Shown: in pieces, positions 28,150 to 37,899 of the stretch
Layout: each line of letters opens with the position of its first letter
Numbering within the stretch: the stretch's first letter is position 1
Origin: Verrucomicrobiales bacterium
GTDB taxonomy: Bacteria; Verrucomicrobiota; Verrucomicrobiia; Limisphaerales; UBA9464
Length of the DNA: 64,000 bases
Assembly: GCA_005801385.1 (NCBI GenBank)
Contig: SYEM01000307.1
Coordinates: 198-64,197 of the forward strand
Direction: 5' to 3'
Notes under the pieces: model-generated
Databases searched by the model: none
Told to the model about the DNA's origin: nothing
The model's input: the letters and a program-made list of their open reading frames with translations, nothing else
Program-made: the position numbers and the translations under genes

Positions 28150-29529
28150 GTGCATCGGGCGTCCTCACATTCCGACACGATCGCCGCGGTGGCGACCCCC
28201 GCCGGAACCGGGGGTATCGCCGTGATCCGGATTTCCGGAACACGGGCGCTGGAGATCGCGGACGCCGTCTTCCGAAGGAGCGGGAACCCCGCTGGAACCC
28301 TTGCCGAGGCGATGTCACACACGGTCCACCATGGCCATGTCGAACGGGAGGGCGTGCGCCTCGACGAGGTTCTGGCGACCGTCCTGAGGGCACCTCGGAC
28401 CTTTACTCGGGAGGACACTGTCGAGATCTCGTGTCACGGGGGACGGGTTGTTACCCGGCAGGTCCTGGAGTCCCTGCTGGCGTCCGGGGCCAGGCTGGCG
28501 GAACCGGGAGAGTTCACGCTTCGGGCATTCCTGAACGGCCGTCTGGATCTGACCCAGGCGGAGGCCGTGGCCGATCTGATCGAGGCACGGACCGCGCTCG
28601 CGGCACGGGCAGCGGTCCAGCAGATGGGCGGACGCCTTTCGGAACGACTCCGAGGCCTCAGGGAGGACCTCCTCAACATCCTCGCCCATGTCGAGGCCCA
28701 CATCGATTTTCCAGAGGAGGACATCGCACCCGACAGCCGGGAGCAGATGCTCGCACGCCTTGGGGACGCACGGGATCAGGTCCAACAGCTGCAGCGGACC
28801 GCCTCGGAGGGCCGGATCCTCCGCGAGGGAGTCCGGGTTGCCATTCTGGGCTGTCCAAACGCCGGAAAATCCTCGCTGCTCAATCTGTTGCTGGGCAACG
28901 ACAGGGCCATCGTCTCGGCGATTCCAGGAACGACGCGGGATACTGTCGAGGAATGCGCCACCGTTCGGGGACTTCCTCTCGTGTTCATCGACACTGCCGG
29001 ACTCCGGGAGACCGAGGATCCCATCGAAATCGAAGGGATCAGGCGCAGCCTCCAGGCGGCACGCGACGCGGATCTCATCCTGCATGTCCTCGACGGCACC
29101 CAGCCACCGATCACCACGGCGGACGTCCTCGGGGAAGATCTGGCCCTCAAACCCACCATCCGGGTCCGCAGCAAAGCGGACCTTCCCACCCCCTGGGAGG
29201 ATCCTTTTCTTGGGGATGCGGTCGCGGTCAGCGCCACGACCGCTGAAGGACTCGAGACCCTTCGATCGACCATGGATGCACGACTGGGGACCCAGCACCT
29301 CTCGGCTGACGAATGGAGCGTGACCGTCAATGCCCGACAGGCCGCGGCACTCCATCGGGCGGAGGACAGCCTGACGCGGACGATCCGATCACTGTCCGAG
29401 GAGGCTTCCCTCGATCTGGTGGCCCTCGATCTCCGCGCCGCCCTGGGTGCCGTCGGTGAAATCACCGGCCAGGTGACGACCGACTCGCTTCTCGACGCGA
29501 TCTTCGGACAGTTCTGCCTCGGCAAATGA
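28150..29529 (+). CDS. mnmE: tRNA modification GTPase MnmE
   Basis: 459 aa, GTG start. IAAVATPAGTGGIAVIRISG, G1 GCPNAGKSSLLN, G3 DTAGLR, family-specific C-terminal CLGK. Confidence 0.95.
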   Translation: MHRASSHSDTIAAVATPAGTGGIAVIRISGTRALEIADAVFRRSGNPAGTLAEAMSHTVHHGHVEREGVRLDEVLATVLRAPRTFTREDTVEISCHGGRVVTRQVLESLLASGARLAEPGEFTLRAFLNGRLDLTQAEAVADLIEARTALAARAAVQQMGGRLSERLRGLREDLLNILAHVEAHIDFPEEDIAPDSREQMLARLGDARDQVQQLQRTASEGRILREGVRVAILGCPNAGKSSLLNLLLGNDRAIVSAIPGTTRDTVEECATVRGLPLVFIDTAGLRETEDPIEIEGIRRSLQAARDADLILHVLDGTQPPITTADVLGEDLALKPTIRVRSKADLPTPWEDPFLGDAVAVSATTAEGLETLRSTMDARLGTQHLSADEWSVTVNARQAAALHRAEDSLTRTIRSLSEEASLDLVALDLRAALGAVGEITGQVTTDSLLDAIFGQFCLGK

Positions 29530-29556
29530 ACCTCGGTCCCCGTCGGATCCGACCAC

Positions 29557-29585
29557 AAAAAAACCCGCGCCCAGTCGGGAGCGGG
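29557..29585 (-). terminator. rho-independent terminator of the ferredoxin gene
   Basis: Plus strand reads AAAAAAA-CCCGCGCCC-AGTC-GGGAGCGGG. On the minus strand this is a 9-bp stem (1 mismatch), a 4-nt loop, then a U7 tract, 23 nt past the ferredoxin stop. Confidence 0.65.
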
Positions 29586-29607
29586 TGATGCGGAGAGGGA
29601 TTGCCTA

Positions 29608-29841
29608 TCAACCCCCGTTGTTGCCAATGGCCTCGACAGGGCAGCCTTCCATGGCTTCCTTGCAGGCGGCCTCCTCCTCGGGACCCTCCGGCTGCTTCTT
29701 CACGTAGCTGTAGCCGCCGTCTTCCCAGCGGGTGAAGTTGTTGGGTGCCGTCTCGCGGCAGAGGTCACAGTCGATGCACTGGTTGTCGACGAAGAACCGG
29801 CCAGCGACGTTTTCGGAGTACTTGTTGGCGATGTCAGCCAT
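29608..29841 (-). CDS. small ferredoxin (single Fe-S cluster type)
   Basis: 77 aa. FFVDNQCIDCDLCRETAPNNF ... CKEAMEGCPVEAI (CxxCxxC...CP). Confidence 0.85.
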   Translation of the reverse strand: MADIANKYSENVAGRFFVDNQCIDCDLCRETAPNNFTRWEDGGYSYVKKQPEGPEEEAACKEAMEGCPVEAIGNNGG

Positions 29842-30034
29842 GGAGGTTTCGGTTTGAGATTAAAACGACGGGCGGATGGTTGGTCTCATCCGTCGACCCG
29901 GCAAGTGGCATTTTTTGAAAATCAGAGCCGCCCGTTCGATTCCAGTTCGGAACACACCCAGCCCCGAAATGAGCCAGGCTTCGGACTTGGGATTGACCCC
30001 TGCCGACAAGTTTCGTTGGCTGGTCTTATCCCAA

Positions 30035-33000
30035 ATGATCCGAAACCTCCTACTTGGCCTGCTGTTGTTCGGCACGGTCGCACTCGGGCTTTGCGCCCCC
30101 GTCTGGACACCCCATCCCGGCGGTCGGAAGACCCAGCTCGCGGTCACCACCGGAGAGAAGATCGGGTTCACCCTGATCTCCCCGACTGACATCGGGATCG
30201 ATTTCCGGAACGCGCTGTCGCCCGAACGGGCGAGGCTGTTCCAGAATCTGTTGAACGGATCCGGACTCGCAGCGGCGGACGTTGATGGGGACGGACTCGT
30301 CGACCTTTACTTCTGCCACAAGCAAGCCGCCAACCAGCTCTACCGGAATCTCGGTGGGGGACGCTTTACGAACATCACACAGTGGGCCGGGGTGGGCTGC
30401 ACCAACCAGACATCTGTCGGTGCGGTCTTTGCTGATGTCGACGGCAACGGCTCCCAGGACCTTGTTGTCAGCGCCTTTGGCGGCCCCAACACCCTGCTGC
30501 TCAATGACGGCCATGGACAGTTCCGAGACGCAACCGCCTCCTCGGGCATCACCGGGAAATCGGGTGCCACCTCAATGGCCTTGGGGGACATCGACAGCGA
30601 TGGCGACCTCGACCTGTACCTCTGCAACTTCGCCGTACAGGCCATCCTGCGGGACGGCGGGGTCATCTCGACGCGAGTGGTCAACGGACAGACCGAGGTC
30701 ACGGGAAAATTTGCTAACCGCATCCGCATCATCAACGGCATCCTCTACGAATTCGGTGACCCAGACATGCTGCTGCGGAACGACGGAGGCGGCCATTTCA
30801 GCCCTGCACCGTGGGAGACGGCTTTCATGGATCGCTCGGGGAAGCCGATGTCGGCGCCCTGGGACCTCGGCCTGGCGGTCCAGATGCGGGACACCAACGG
30901 GGACGGCCACATAGACATCTTCGTTTGCAACGATTTCCAGACCCCGGATCGGCTATGGCTCGGCGACGGGAAAGGACACTTTCGCGAGGCCGGCGAGTTC
31001 ACGTTCCGAAACATGAGCCTCGCTTCCATGGGGGTCGATTTCGCCGATCTCGACCGCGACGGCCGCTACGATTTCTGCACTGTCGAGATGCTGAATCGCG
31101 ATCTGACCCAGCATCTGCGGACCGGGGGCGGGCGGATGCCGCTCCAAAGAACTCCAGGGCTTGGACAGGAACGGGAGGAATTCGCGCGGAACTGCCTCTA
31201 CTGGAGCCGAGGTGACGGCACCTATGCCGAGATCGCTGCCTATGCCGGTGTGACAGCGACAGGATGGTCCTGGGCACCCGTGTTCCTGGATGTGGACCTC
31301 GACGGCTGGGAGGATCTTTTGGTTTCCAATGGCCACGCCCACGACGTCAACGACCGCGATATCAATGAACGGCTCAAGTCACGCCCCAACCAGAACGTGC
31401 AGGCAACGAAATCGGTGCTGCTCGAATTCCCACGTCTCGAGGTCCCAAAATTTGCCTTCCGGAACCGACGCGATCTCACTTTCGAGGATGTCAGTGCCGC
31501 CTGGGGGTTTGATTCCCGCCGGATTGCCCATGGAATGATCACCGTGGATATCGACGGAGACGGGGACCTCGATGTGTTGATGAATGCCTTCGAGGGTCCA
31601 CCCCTGATCTATCGGAACGACGCCAACCGTCCCCGGGTCGCGGTCCGACTTAAGGGCGCCTCACCGAACACCGCAGGGGTTGGAGCCGAGATCGTGGTCC
31701 GTGGCGGTCCTGCTGAGCAGCGTCAGATGATTCTGGCCGGGGGCACGTACCTGTCGCACTGCCAGGCACAACGGACGTTTGCGGCAGGTGAAGGTTCGAT
31801 GGAAATTGAGGTGCGCTGGCCCTCGGGACGTCGGTCGATCGTGCCGGACATTCGAGCCAACTACCTGTACGAGATCGACGAGACCTCATCAGGCAATTCA
31901 GGACCCGGATTATCCGATCCAGCCTCACCGCCGACGCCATGGTTTTCGGATGCCAGTGTCCGCCTGGACCATCGTCACACCGAGCCATTCTTCGACGACT
32001 ACGCGACCCAACCACTATTACCGCAGCGCTACAGCCAGCTTGGTCCAGGCGCAGCCTGGCTGGACCTCAATGGCGACCAGCATGATGACCTCATCATCGG
32101 GTCGGCCCGAGGGAATACCCCGTCAGTCCTCCTGGGTGATGGCCAGGGTGGATTTACCAGGAGTGTCGTCTCCGGATCTCCCCCCCCTGACGATCTCGGA
32201 GCCTTGGTCGGATCCTTGCGGGATGATGGAACTGCATTTGTTCTCGCTGGATGTGCTCGACTCGAGTCCGGCGGCACCACACGGAATGCATCGGTATTGC
32301 GCTGGGTTTGGACATCCGGGGGGCTTGCACCGGAAGCATCCCTCCCCCCCCTCCCGGCCAGCATCGGAGCACTGACATTGGGGGATGCCGATGGCGACGG
32401 AGACCTCGACCTTTTCGCAGGTGCACGCCTCAAGGTCCGCAGATGGCCGGAACCCGGAGGATCCCGTTTCTTTCGAAACGACTCAGGAACATGGCTTCCG
32501 GAAGGGGACGAATTATGGGCGAAGGTAGGGCCCGTGGCCGATGCCGTAATGGCCAATGTTCATGGAGATTCGCGCCCGGAACTGATCATCGCCACTGAAT
32601 TGGGTCCCATCGAGATCTTCACGCGTAGAACAGAAGGCTGGAGTCGGCTCACCCAACGGCTTGGCCTGGACATACACACAGGATGGTGGAACAGCGTCGC
32701 GGTCGGGGATTTCGATGGGGATGGACGGTTGGATCTTGTTGCCGGCAACCGCGGCCGCAACACCAAGGCCGAGATCTGGGGTGAGGGCAAGGTGGACATC
32801 CTATGGGGCGAGACCGATGGCAGCGGTGCCATCGCCGTGGTTGAAATCGCATTGCAAGGCAACCGACACCATCCGCTCCGGGATAGACGACAGCTCTCCG
32901 TCCAGTTCCAAGATCTCGCGAACCGAATACCAAGCCACGCCACCTTTGCCTCCTCCGACGTGCAGGACGTCATCGGCAAATTACCGAAACGGCTGCAACG

Positions 33001-33667
33001 AGCAGCGGCAGCTCACCTCGACTCAGTGGTTCTGCTGAATCGCGACGAGCACTTCGAGATCCATCCACTGCCTCGGGAGGCCCAATGGGCACCGGTGTTT
33101 GGTATCGGTGTCGCCGACTTCAACGGTGATGGATTCGTGGACTTGGCCCTTGCCCAAAATCTCTTTGCACTCCATCCGGACGACTCACGACTCGACGCCG
33201 GATTGGGGCTTTTGCTGAGTGGCAATGGGAAGGGCGGGTTCATTCCCGTGGCGGCCAGCCAGAGTGGAATCCGCCTCAATGGTGAACAGCGAGCGGCAGC
33301 ACCGGCAGACTATGATGAGGACGGACGCGTTGACCTCGTTATCACCCAAAACGGAGCCGGATCGGCGCTATTCCACAATGAGTCTCCAAGGCGAGGCTTG
33401 AGGATTCGACTGAAGGGACGGCCTGGTAACCCGACTGGCCTCGGAGCCATCCTCCGGCCGCTCCGGTCAGGGAAAGCCGGTGCCTTACAGAGTATTACAG
33501 CGGGAGGAGGGTATTGGGCTCAACCCAGCCAAGTCCAAGTGATCGGAGGCGAATGCCCCGATGCCTTGGAAGTCCACTGGCCGGACGGTCGAACAACCCG
33601 TGAACCGGTAACCCCGGGGGCCAAAGAAGTTTTGATGGACTGGGCGACGAACCGAGTGCCTCAGTAG
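30035..33667 (+). CDS. CRTAC1-family FG-GAP/VCBS repeat protein with two ASPIC/UnbV-like domains
   Basis: Start chosen at ATG 30035 (signal peptide MIRNLLLGLLLFGTVALGLCAP). ATG 29969 and track start 29876 are also in frame. Two modules of FG-GAP repeats (ADVDGDGLVDL, GDIDSDGDLDL, VDIDGDGDLDV / GDADGDGDLDL, GDFDGDGRLDL, ADFNGDGFVDL). Each ends in an UnbV/ASPIC-like segment (RVAVRLKGASPNTAGVGAEIVV...; LRIRLKGRPGNPTGLGAIL...). Confidence 0.85.
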   Translation: MIRNLLLGLLLFGTVALGLCAPVWTPHPGGRKTQLAVTTGEKIGFTLISPTDIGIDFRNALSPERARLFQNLLNGSGLAAADVDGDGLVDLYFCHKQAANQLYRNLGGGRFTNITQWAGVGCTNQTSVGAVFADVDGNGSQDLVVSAFGGPNTLLLNDGHGQFRDATASSGITGKSGATSMALGDIDSDGDLDLYLCNFAVQAILRDGGVISTRVVNGQTEVTGKFANRIRIINGILYEFGDPDMLLRNDGGGHFSPAPWETAFMDRSGKPMSAPWDLGLAVQMRDTNGDGHIDIFVCNDFQTPDRLWLGDGKGHFREAGEFTFRNMSLASMGVDFADLDRDGRYDFCTVEMLNRDLTQHLRTGGGRMPLQRTPGLGQEREEFARNCLYWSRGDGTYAEIAAYAGVTATGWSWAPVFLDVDLDGWEDLLVSNGHAHDVNDRDINERLKSRPNQNVQATKSVLLEFPRLEVPKFAFRNRRDLTFEDVSAAWGFDSRRIAHGMITVDIDGDGDLDVLMNAFEGPPLIYRNDANRPRVAVRLKGASPNTAGVGAEIVVRGGPAEQRQMILAGGTYLSHCQAQRTFAAGEGSMEIEVRWPSGRRSIVPDIRANYLYEIDETSSGNSGPGLSDPASPPTPWFSDASVRLDHRHTEPFFDDYATQPLLPQRYSQLGPGAAWLDLNGDQHDDLIIGSARGNTPSVLLGDGQGGFTRSVVSGSPPPDDLGALVGSLRDDGTAFVLAGCARLESGGTTRNASVLRWVWTSGGLAPEASLPPLPASIGALTLGDADGDGDLDLFAGARLKVRRWPEPGGSRFFRNDSGTWLPEGDELWAKVGPVADAVMANVHGDSRPELIIATELGPIEIFTRRTEGWSRLTQRLGLDIHTGWWNSVAVGDFDGDGRLDLVAGNRGRNTKAEIWGEGKVDILWGETDGSGAIAVVEIALQGNRHHPLRDRRQLSVQFQDLANRIPSHATFASSDVQDVIGKLPKRLQRAAAAHLDSVVLLNRDEHFEIHPLPREAQWAPVFGIGVADFNGDGFVDLALAQNLFALHPDDSRLDAGLGLLLSGNGKGGFIPVAASQSGIRLNGEQRAAAPADYDEDGRVDLVITQNGAGSALFHNESPRRGLRIRLKGRPGNPTGLGAILRPLRSGKAGALQSITAGGGYWAQPSQVQVIGGECPDALEVHWPDGRTTREPVTPGAKEVLMDWATNRVPQ

Positions 33668-34536
33668 CCGAGAGCCTGCTTCCGTCCCATCGCCTTTCGG
33701 AGCTGTCCATGGGCAGGTCCCATGGAGGGCTCAAGTCGGATTGATGTCTGGAAGGCGGCGATGGCCTCGTCAACACGGTCCATCACGAGCTGGGATCTCC
33801 CAAGGTTGAACCACGCCTCGGCAAAATCGGGATTCAGCTGAACCGCCTTTGCAAACTGCGGGATGGCATTGGTCATTTGACCGGCACTCGCAAACGCACT
33901 CCCTAGATTGTTATAGGTCCGGCTGTTCTTGGGATCGGCCGCAAGGGCGGTCTGGAGATGCTGTATGGCCTCATCAAACCGTTTTGCCCGAACAAGAAGG
34001 TTGCCGAGGTTGCTGTGGGCCTCCGCATAGGTAGGCACGAGCTTGATAGCGGTCTCGTAGTGGATGATGGCGTCGTTTGTCCGGCCCTGACGCGCATAGA
34101 GGAAGCCAAGGTTGAAGTGCGCTTCCTCATAGTCTGGTGACTGCTTGAGGATGTTCAGATAGGCTGCCTCTGCCTCTCCGGTCCGGCCCTCAGAGGCAAG
34201 CTTGTCGGCCGCGATTAGCTCAGTCATCCGGGGATCCGCAGCATCACCGAGGTCGGGCAATGGAGTTGCCCCATCGATCCTATTGGTGGATATAGTAACG
34301 GATGGCGTGGACTGGAGTAAACCCGATGATCCGTCCGCAGTCCGCGTTGAAGGCGCATCCCGTCCGCAACCCGAGAACAGAAATGTCGAGGACGCTGCCG
34401 CAAGAATCAGTGAGCACCGAAGCCATGCCCAAAAGAAAAAACCGCTGGAAAGTCCGCCCGGCCACACTTTTACCGGTACAGATCCTGCGGTTCGGCGGAG
34501 ATATTGACTACTTAGCCGGCGCTGCGGGCGTTGCAT
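33661..34536 (-). CDS. TPR-repeat lipoprotein
   Basis: Lipobox-like LFSGC after a hydrophobic segment, then classical TPR repeats (AEAAYLNILKQSPDYEEAHFNLGFLYARQG, YAEAHSNLGNLL, FAEAWFNLGRS). Start uncertain (ATG 34536, GTG 34467, or track start 34671). Confidence 0.7.
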   Translation of the reverse strand: MQRPQRRLSSQYLRRTAGSVPVKVWPGGLSSGFFFWAWLRCSLILAAASSTFLFSGCGRDAPSTRTADGSSGLLQSTPSVTISTNRIDGATPLPDLGDAADPRMTELIAADKLASEGRTGEAEAAYLNILKQSPDYEEAHFNLGFLYARQGRTNDAIIHYETAIKLVPTYAEAHSNLGNLLVRAKRFDEAIQHLQTALAADPKNSRTYNNLGSAFASAGQMTNAIPQFAKAVQLNPDFAEAWFNLGRSQLVMDRVDEAIAAFQTSIRLEPSMGPAHGQLRKAMGRKQALGY

Positions 34537-35047
34537 CTGACCCACTCTGGGCGATTGAATCCACCCACTCAAGGACAGCCTCTTGAGCCGAGTCACCAGG
34601 ACGCTGGCCCAACTTAACGATTCGGGTGTATCCGCCTGGACGGGTCTTAAAAACAGGTGCAATGCGCTCAAAAACGATATGAACCACGTCGTTTTCGGCC
34701 CGCCACTTTTCGCGAAGCACTTTTCCTTTTACAGTCGGAGTGCCGACGAAATGGCTCCTCGGCTGCTGGCGCAGTTTGGCGGAAACGAGCCGACGGAAGT
34801 GGACGTTCTTCGCAATCGCCTTGGCCTTGGCCTTCTCGTCAGGAGCAGCTGCCGCATCAGCGAGAGCCTGTTGACCCTGCTTTCCGAGAGTGATGATTTT
34901 TTCAGCGACCGAACGGGCTGCCTTGGCCTTGGGTACGGTGGTGACGATGCGGTTATGCTGGATTAGGCTGCACACCAGGTTCGCGAGCATCGCGTTCCTG
35001 TGGTCGCTCTTGCGTCCCAGTTTGTTCGTCCGCTTAAGGTGGCGCAT
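34508..35047 (-). CDS. rplQ: 50S ribosomal protein L17 (with an internal insertion of about 45 aa)
   Basis: 179 aa. MRHLKRTNKLGRKSDHRNAMLANL ... GGYTRIVKLGQRPGD. Confidence 0.95.
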   Translation of the reverse strand: MRHLKRTNKLGRKSDHRNAMLANLVCSLIQHNRIVTTVPKAKAARSVAEKIITLGKQGQQALADAAAAPDEKAKAKAIAKNVHFRRLVSAKLRQQPRSHFVGTPTVKGKVLREKWRAENDVVHIVFERIAPVFKTRPGGYTRIVKLGQRPGDSAQEAVLEWVDSIAQSGSDATPAAPAK

Positions 35048-35062
35048 GGAATTGAAATTGGG

Positions 35063-36079
35063 TTAGAGGGTGCGGGAATCGGCGCCAGCAGCTTCGGCGA
35101 GGAGCGCAGGGTCGATATTCATACCTAAGGCAAGGCCCAAGGCGGAGAGCTTTTCCTTGATTTCATTCAAGGACTTCTTTCCGAAGTTTCTATACTTCAA
35201 CATCTCTTGCTCAGTCTTCATAGCCAGTTGACCGACCGTTGTGATGTTGGCGTTGTTAAGGCAGTTCGCTGCGCGAACGCTTAGCTCGATCTCATTGACC
35301 GACATATTTAGCAGCTTTCGCAGCTTGGACTTCTCGTCGTCGACTGGTTTTTGCTCCTCCTCAAACTCCACAGCGTTTTTGTCATAACCGACAAACACAT
35401 CAAGGTGGTGTTGGAGGATCGCAGAAGCCTGGGTCAATGCGTCATCAGGGGAGATCCTGCCATCCGTCCAAATCTCCAAGATGAGCTTATCATAATCCGT
35501 CTTCTGACCCACTCGGGCTTGCTCAACGTTGTAGCGAACTCGCGACACCGGAGAGAAAAGTGAATCGATAGCAATAACCCCGATCGACTGATCGACTTTC
35601 TTATTCTCGTCACCCGGACAAAACCCACGGCCCACACGAACCTCGAGCTCCATTTCTAACTTTTTTTTCTTGTCTATCGTACAGATGTGCTGATCAGGGT
35701 TTACGACCTCAACACCTTGATTTAGTTCAATATCGCCCGCCGTCACAGCGCCCTCCTTGTTGACGGAAAGCAACAGAGTTTGAGTCTCGCGATTGACGGA
35801 TTTGAAACGAACCTTCTTCAGGTTTAATACTATATCAGTAACATCCTCAACCACCCCATCAACCGTGGTGAATTCGTGCATGGCTCCGTCGATCTTTATC
35901 GACGTTATAGCTACGCCTTCGAGTGAGCTTAGTAGAACACGACGGAGGGAATTGCCAATAGTATGCCCATAGCCCGTCTCAAACGGCTCCGCAATGAAGC
36001 GGGCGTAAGTTTCGGTGGCTGTGGTCTCATCCTTGGCGAGACGCTTGGGCAATTCAAAACGACCGAGTCTAACTGGCAT
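35063..36079 (-). CDS. rpoA: DNA-directed RNA polymerase subunit alpha
   Basis: 338 aa. FIAEPFETGYGHTIGNSLRRVLLSSLEG, C-terminal domain SVRAANCLNNANITTVGQL. Confidence 0.97.
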   Translation of the reverse strand: MPVRLGRFELPKRLAKDETTATETYARFIAEPFETGYGHTIGNSLRRVLLSSLEGVAITSIKIDGAMHEFTTVDGVVEDVTDIVLNLKKVRFKSVNRETQTLLLSVNKEGAVTAGDIELNQGVEVVNPDQHICTIDKKKKLEMELEVRVGRGFCPGDENKKVDQSIGVIAIDSLFSPVSRVRYNVEQARVGQKTDYDKLILEIWTDGRISPDDALTQASAILQHHLDVFVGYDKNAVEFEEEQKPVDDEKSKLRKLLNMSVNEIELSVRAANCLNNANITTVGQLAMKTEQEMLKYRNFGKKSLNEIKEKLSALGLALGMNIDPALLAEAAGADSRTL

Positions 36080-36180
36080 AATATTTTTGGTGCAATTTTA
36101 ATCTGGACGATACTGCTCTCTCCCGTAGGTGGATCGCCCCGTGTAATTGCTTTTGGACAACTGCTTGCCCAACTTGTGGC

Positions 36181-36789
36181 TTATCGGGAGTAAAACTCGA
36201 CGACCGCTTGCTCGTTGGCGACCGGGTTGATCTCCTCACGAGATGGGATGCGGAGGAGTTTGATTCTGAGGTGGTCTCGGTCAAGTGCTACCCAGTCAGG
36301 AACAACCCTTGCGGTCGATCCCTCGAGGCATTTGCCAGCCAGCTGCTTGCTAACCGCGTGATCCTTGACCTCGACAACATCATTCACCTTTACCAAGTAA
36401 CTAGGAACACTGACCTTTCGACCGTTTACTTTGACGTGACCATGGCTCACAAGCTGTCGGGACTGCGGACGAGTAATCCCAAAACCGCCGTGGTAGACGA
36501 CGCTGTCAAGTCGAGTCTCTAACAATTGAAGCATCTTTTCGCCAGTGACACCCCGCATCCGCAGCGCCTTCTCGTAGACGCGGCGGAACTGGCGTTCCTG
36601 CAGCCCATAGAAGTAGCGGAGCTTTTGTTTCTCCATCAACCCAATCGCGTAATCGCTGAATTTGCGACGCGACTTCGGGCCGTGGACACCCGGAGGATAA
36701 TTCCGACGCTCCAGATATTTTGATGCCCCAAATATGGGGATGCCAAAACGGCGACTAACGCGGGTGCGTGGACCTGTGTAACGAGCCAT
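36181..36789 (-). CDS. rpsD: 30S ribosomal protein S4
   Basis: 202 aa. MARYTGPRTRVSRRFG, S4 domain RLDSVVY..GF..TR.QSRQLVSHGH..VNG. Confidence 0.97.
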   Translation of the reverse strand: MARYTGPRTRVSRRFGIPIFGASKYLERRNYPPGVHGPKSRRKFSDYAIGLMEKQKLRYFYGLQERQFRRVYEKALRMRGVTGEKMLQLLETRLDSVVYHGGFGITRPQSRQLVSHGHVKVNGRKVSVPSYLVKVNDVVEVKDHAVSKQLAGKCLEGSTARVVPDWVALDRDHLRIKLLRIPSREEINPVANEQAVVEFYSR

Positions 36790-36810
36790 GACTTTGAAAG
36801 GGATTGGTGA

Positions 36811-37320
36811 TTAGACGCGCCGCTTCTTGCGTGGACGGCAGCCATTGTGAGGAATCGGAGTGATGTCCCGGATCATTGAAATCTCAAGACCTACTGCTTG
36901 GAGTGCGCGAATAGCGGATTCGCGTCCCGAACCAGGTCCATTCACGCGAACCTCGACCTCACGCAAACCATGGGACATTGCCTGCCGTGCGGCATCCTGC
37001 GCGGCCTGCTGTGCAGCGAAGGCGGTGCTCTTGCGGGAACCCTTGAAACCAACGCGCCCAGCGGTTCTCCAACCGATGGTGTTGCCTTGGACATCCGTGA
37101 TCGTAACCACTGTGTTGTTAAAGGTGGCCACGATGTTTGCGATGCCAACGGGGATGTTCTTAGCGCCCTTGGCGCGGATGATCTTGGCTGGCTTTAGCTC
37201 ATCACCCAAGAGTTCAGCAGCGGTGGGAGCAGCTGCAGCGATCGGCGGAGTTCCGGCAACTGGAGCCGGTGTGGGCGCTTCCTGGGGAGCAGACCCCTTG
37301 GACTTGGTTTCTTCAGCCAT
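36811..37320 (-). CDS. rpsK: 30S ribosomal protein S11 (with an N-terminal extension of about 40 aa)
   Basis: 169 aa. [22 protein letters not shown] ... [13 protein letters not shown]. Confidence 0.95.
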   Translation of the reverse strand: MAEETKSKGSAPQEAPTPAPVAGTPPIAAAAPTAAELLGDELKPAKIIRAKGAKNIPVGIANIVATFNNTVVTITDVQGNTIGWRTAGRVGFKGSRKSTAFAAQQAAQDAARQAMSHGLREVEVRVNGPGSGRESAIRALQAVGLEISMIRDITPIPHNGCRPRKKRRV

Positions 37321-37350
37321 ATGAAATCGGAGATCGAACTTTGGATAAAA

Positions 37351-37746
37351 TCAATGGACGCCCGTCTTAGCGTTCGGGTTACGCTGAACACCGACCGTCT
37401 TTCGCGGACCTTTTCGGGTCCGTGCGTTGGTCTGGGTACGCTGACCACGGACAGGCAAGCTGCGCAGGTGACGCTGCCCGCGGTAGGACTTGATCGCCTG
37501 GAGACGCTTCAGGTTAATGCCCAACTCTCGGCGAAGGTCACCCTCAATGACGTATTTGCCATCTTGGATCGCCTTCACGATTTGGGAGAGCTGTTGCTCC
37601 GTCAAGTCCCGGGCGCGGACCGAGCGGTCCACTTTCGCCCGCTCGAGGACCTCGACCGAGTTGACCGGTCCAAGGCCGTAGATGTAGCGGAGAGCGATAT
37701 CGATTCGCTTTTCGCTGGGGATGTCAACACCAAGGATACGTGGCAT
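37351..37746 (-). CDS. rpsM: 30S ribosomal protein S13
   Basis: 131 aa. MPRILGVDIPSEKRIDIALRYIYGLG. Confidence 0.97.
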   Translation of the reverse strand: MPRILGVDIPSEKRIDIALRYIYGLGPVNSVEVLERAKVDRSVRARDLTEQQLSQIVKAIQDGKYVIEGDLRRELGINLKRLQAIKSYRGQRHLRSLPVRGQRTQTNARTRKGPRKTVGVQRNPNAKTGVH

Positions 37747-37758
37747 AATTGGGAATTT

Positions 37759-37872
37759 CTAACCTTGCCGCTGCTTGTGACGCGGATTCGAGCAGATCAC
37801 GCGGATCACGCCCTTCCGACGAACCATCTTGCAGTTCTCGCAAAGCTTTTTAACTGAAGCACGAACTTTCAT
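37759..37872 (-). CDS. rpmJ: 50S ribosomal protein L36
   Basis: Not in the ORF track (37 aa). The reverse complement reads ATG AAA GTT CGT GCT TCA GTT AAA AAG CTT TGC ... = [37 protein letters not shown], then a stop. It sits at the expected position between map and rpsM. Confidence 0.9.
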   Translation of the reverse strand: MKVRASVKKLCENCKMVRRKGVIRVICSNPRHKQRQG

Positions 37873-37899
37873 TTTGAAATTAGGCTGTTTTCGTAAGCC

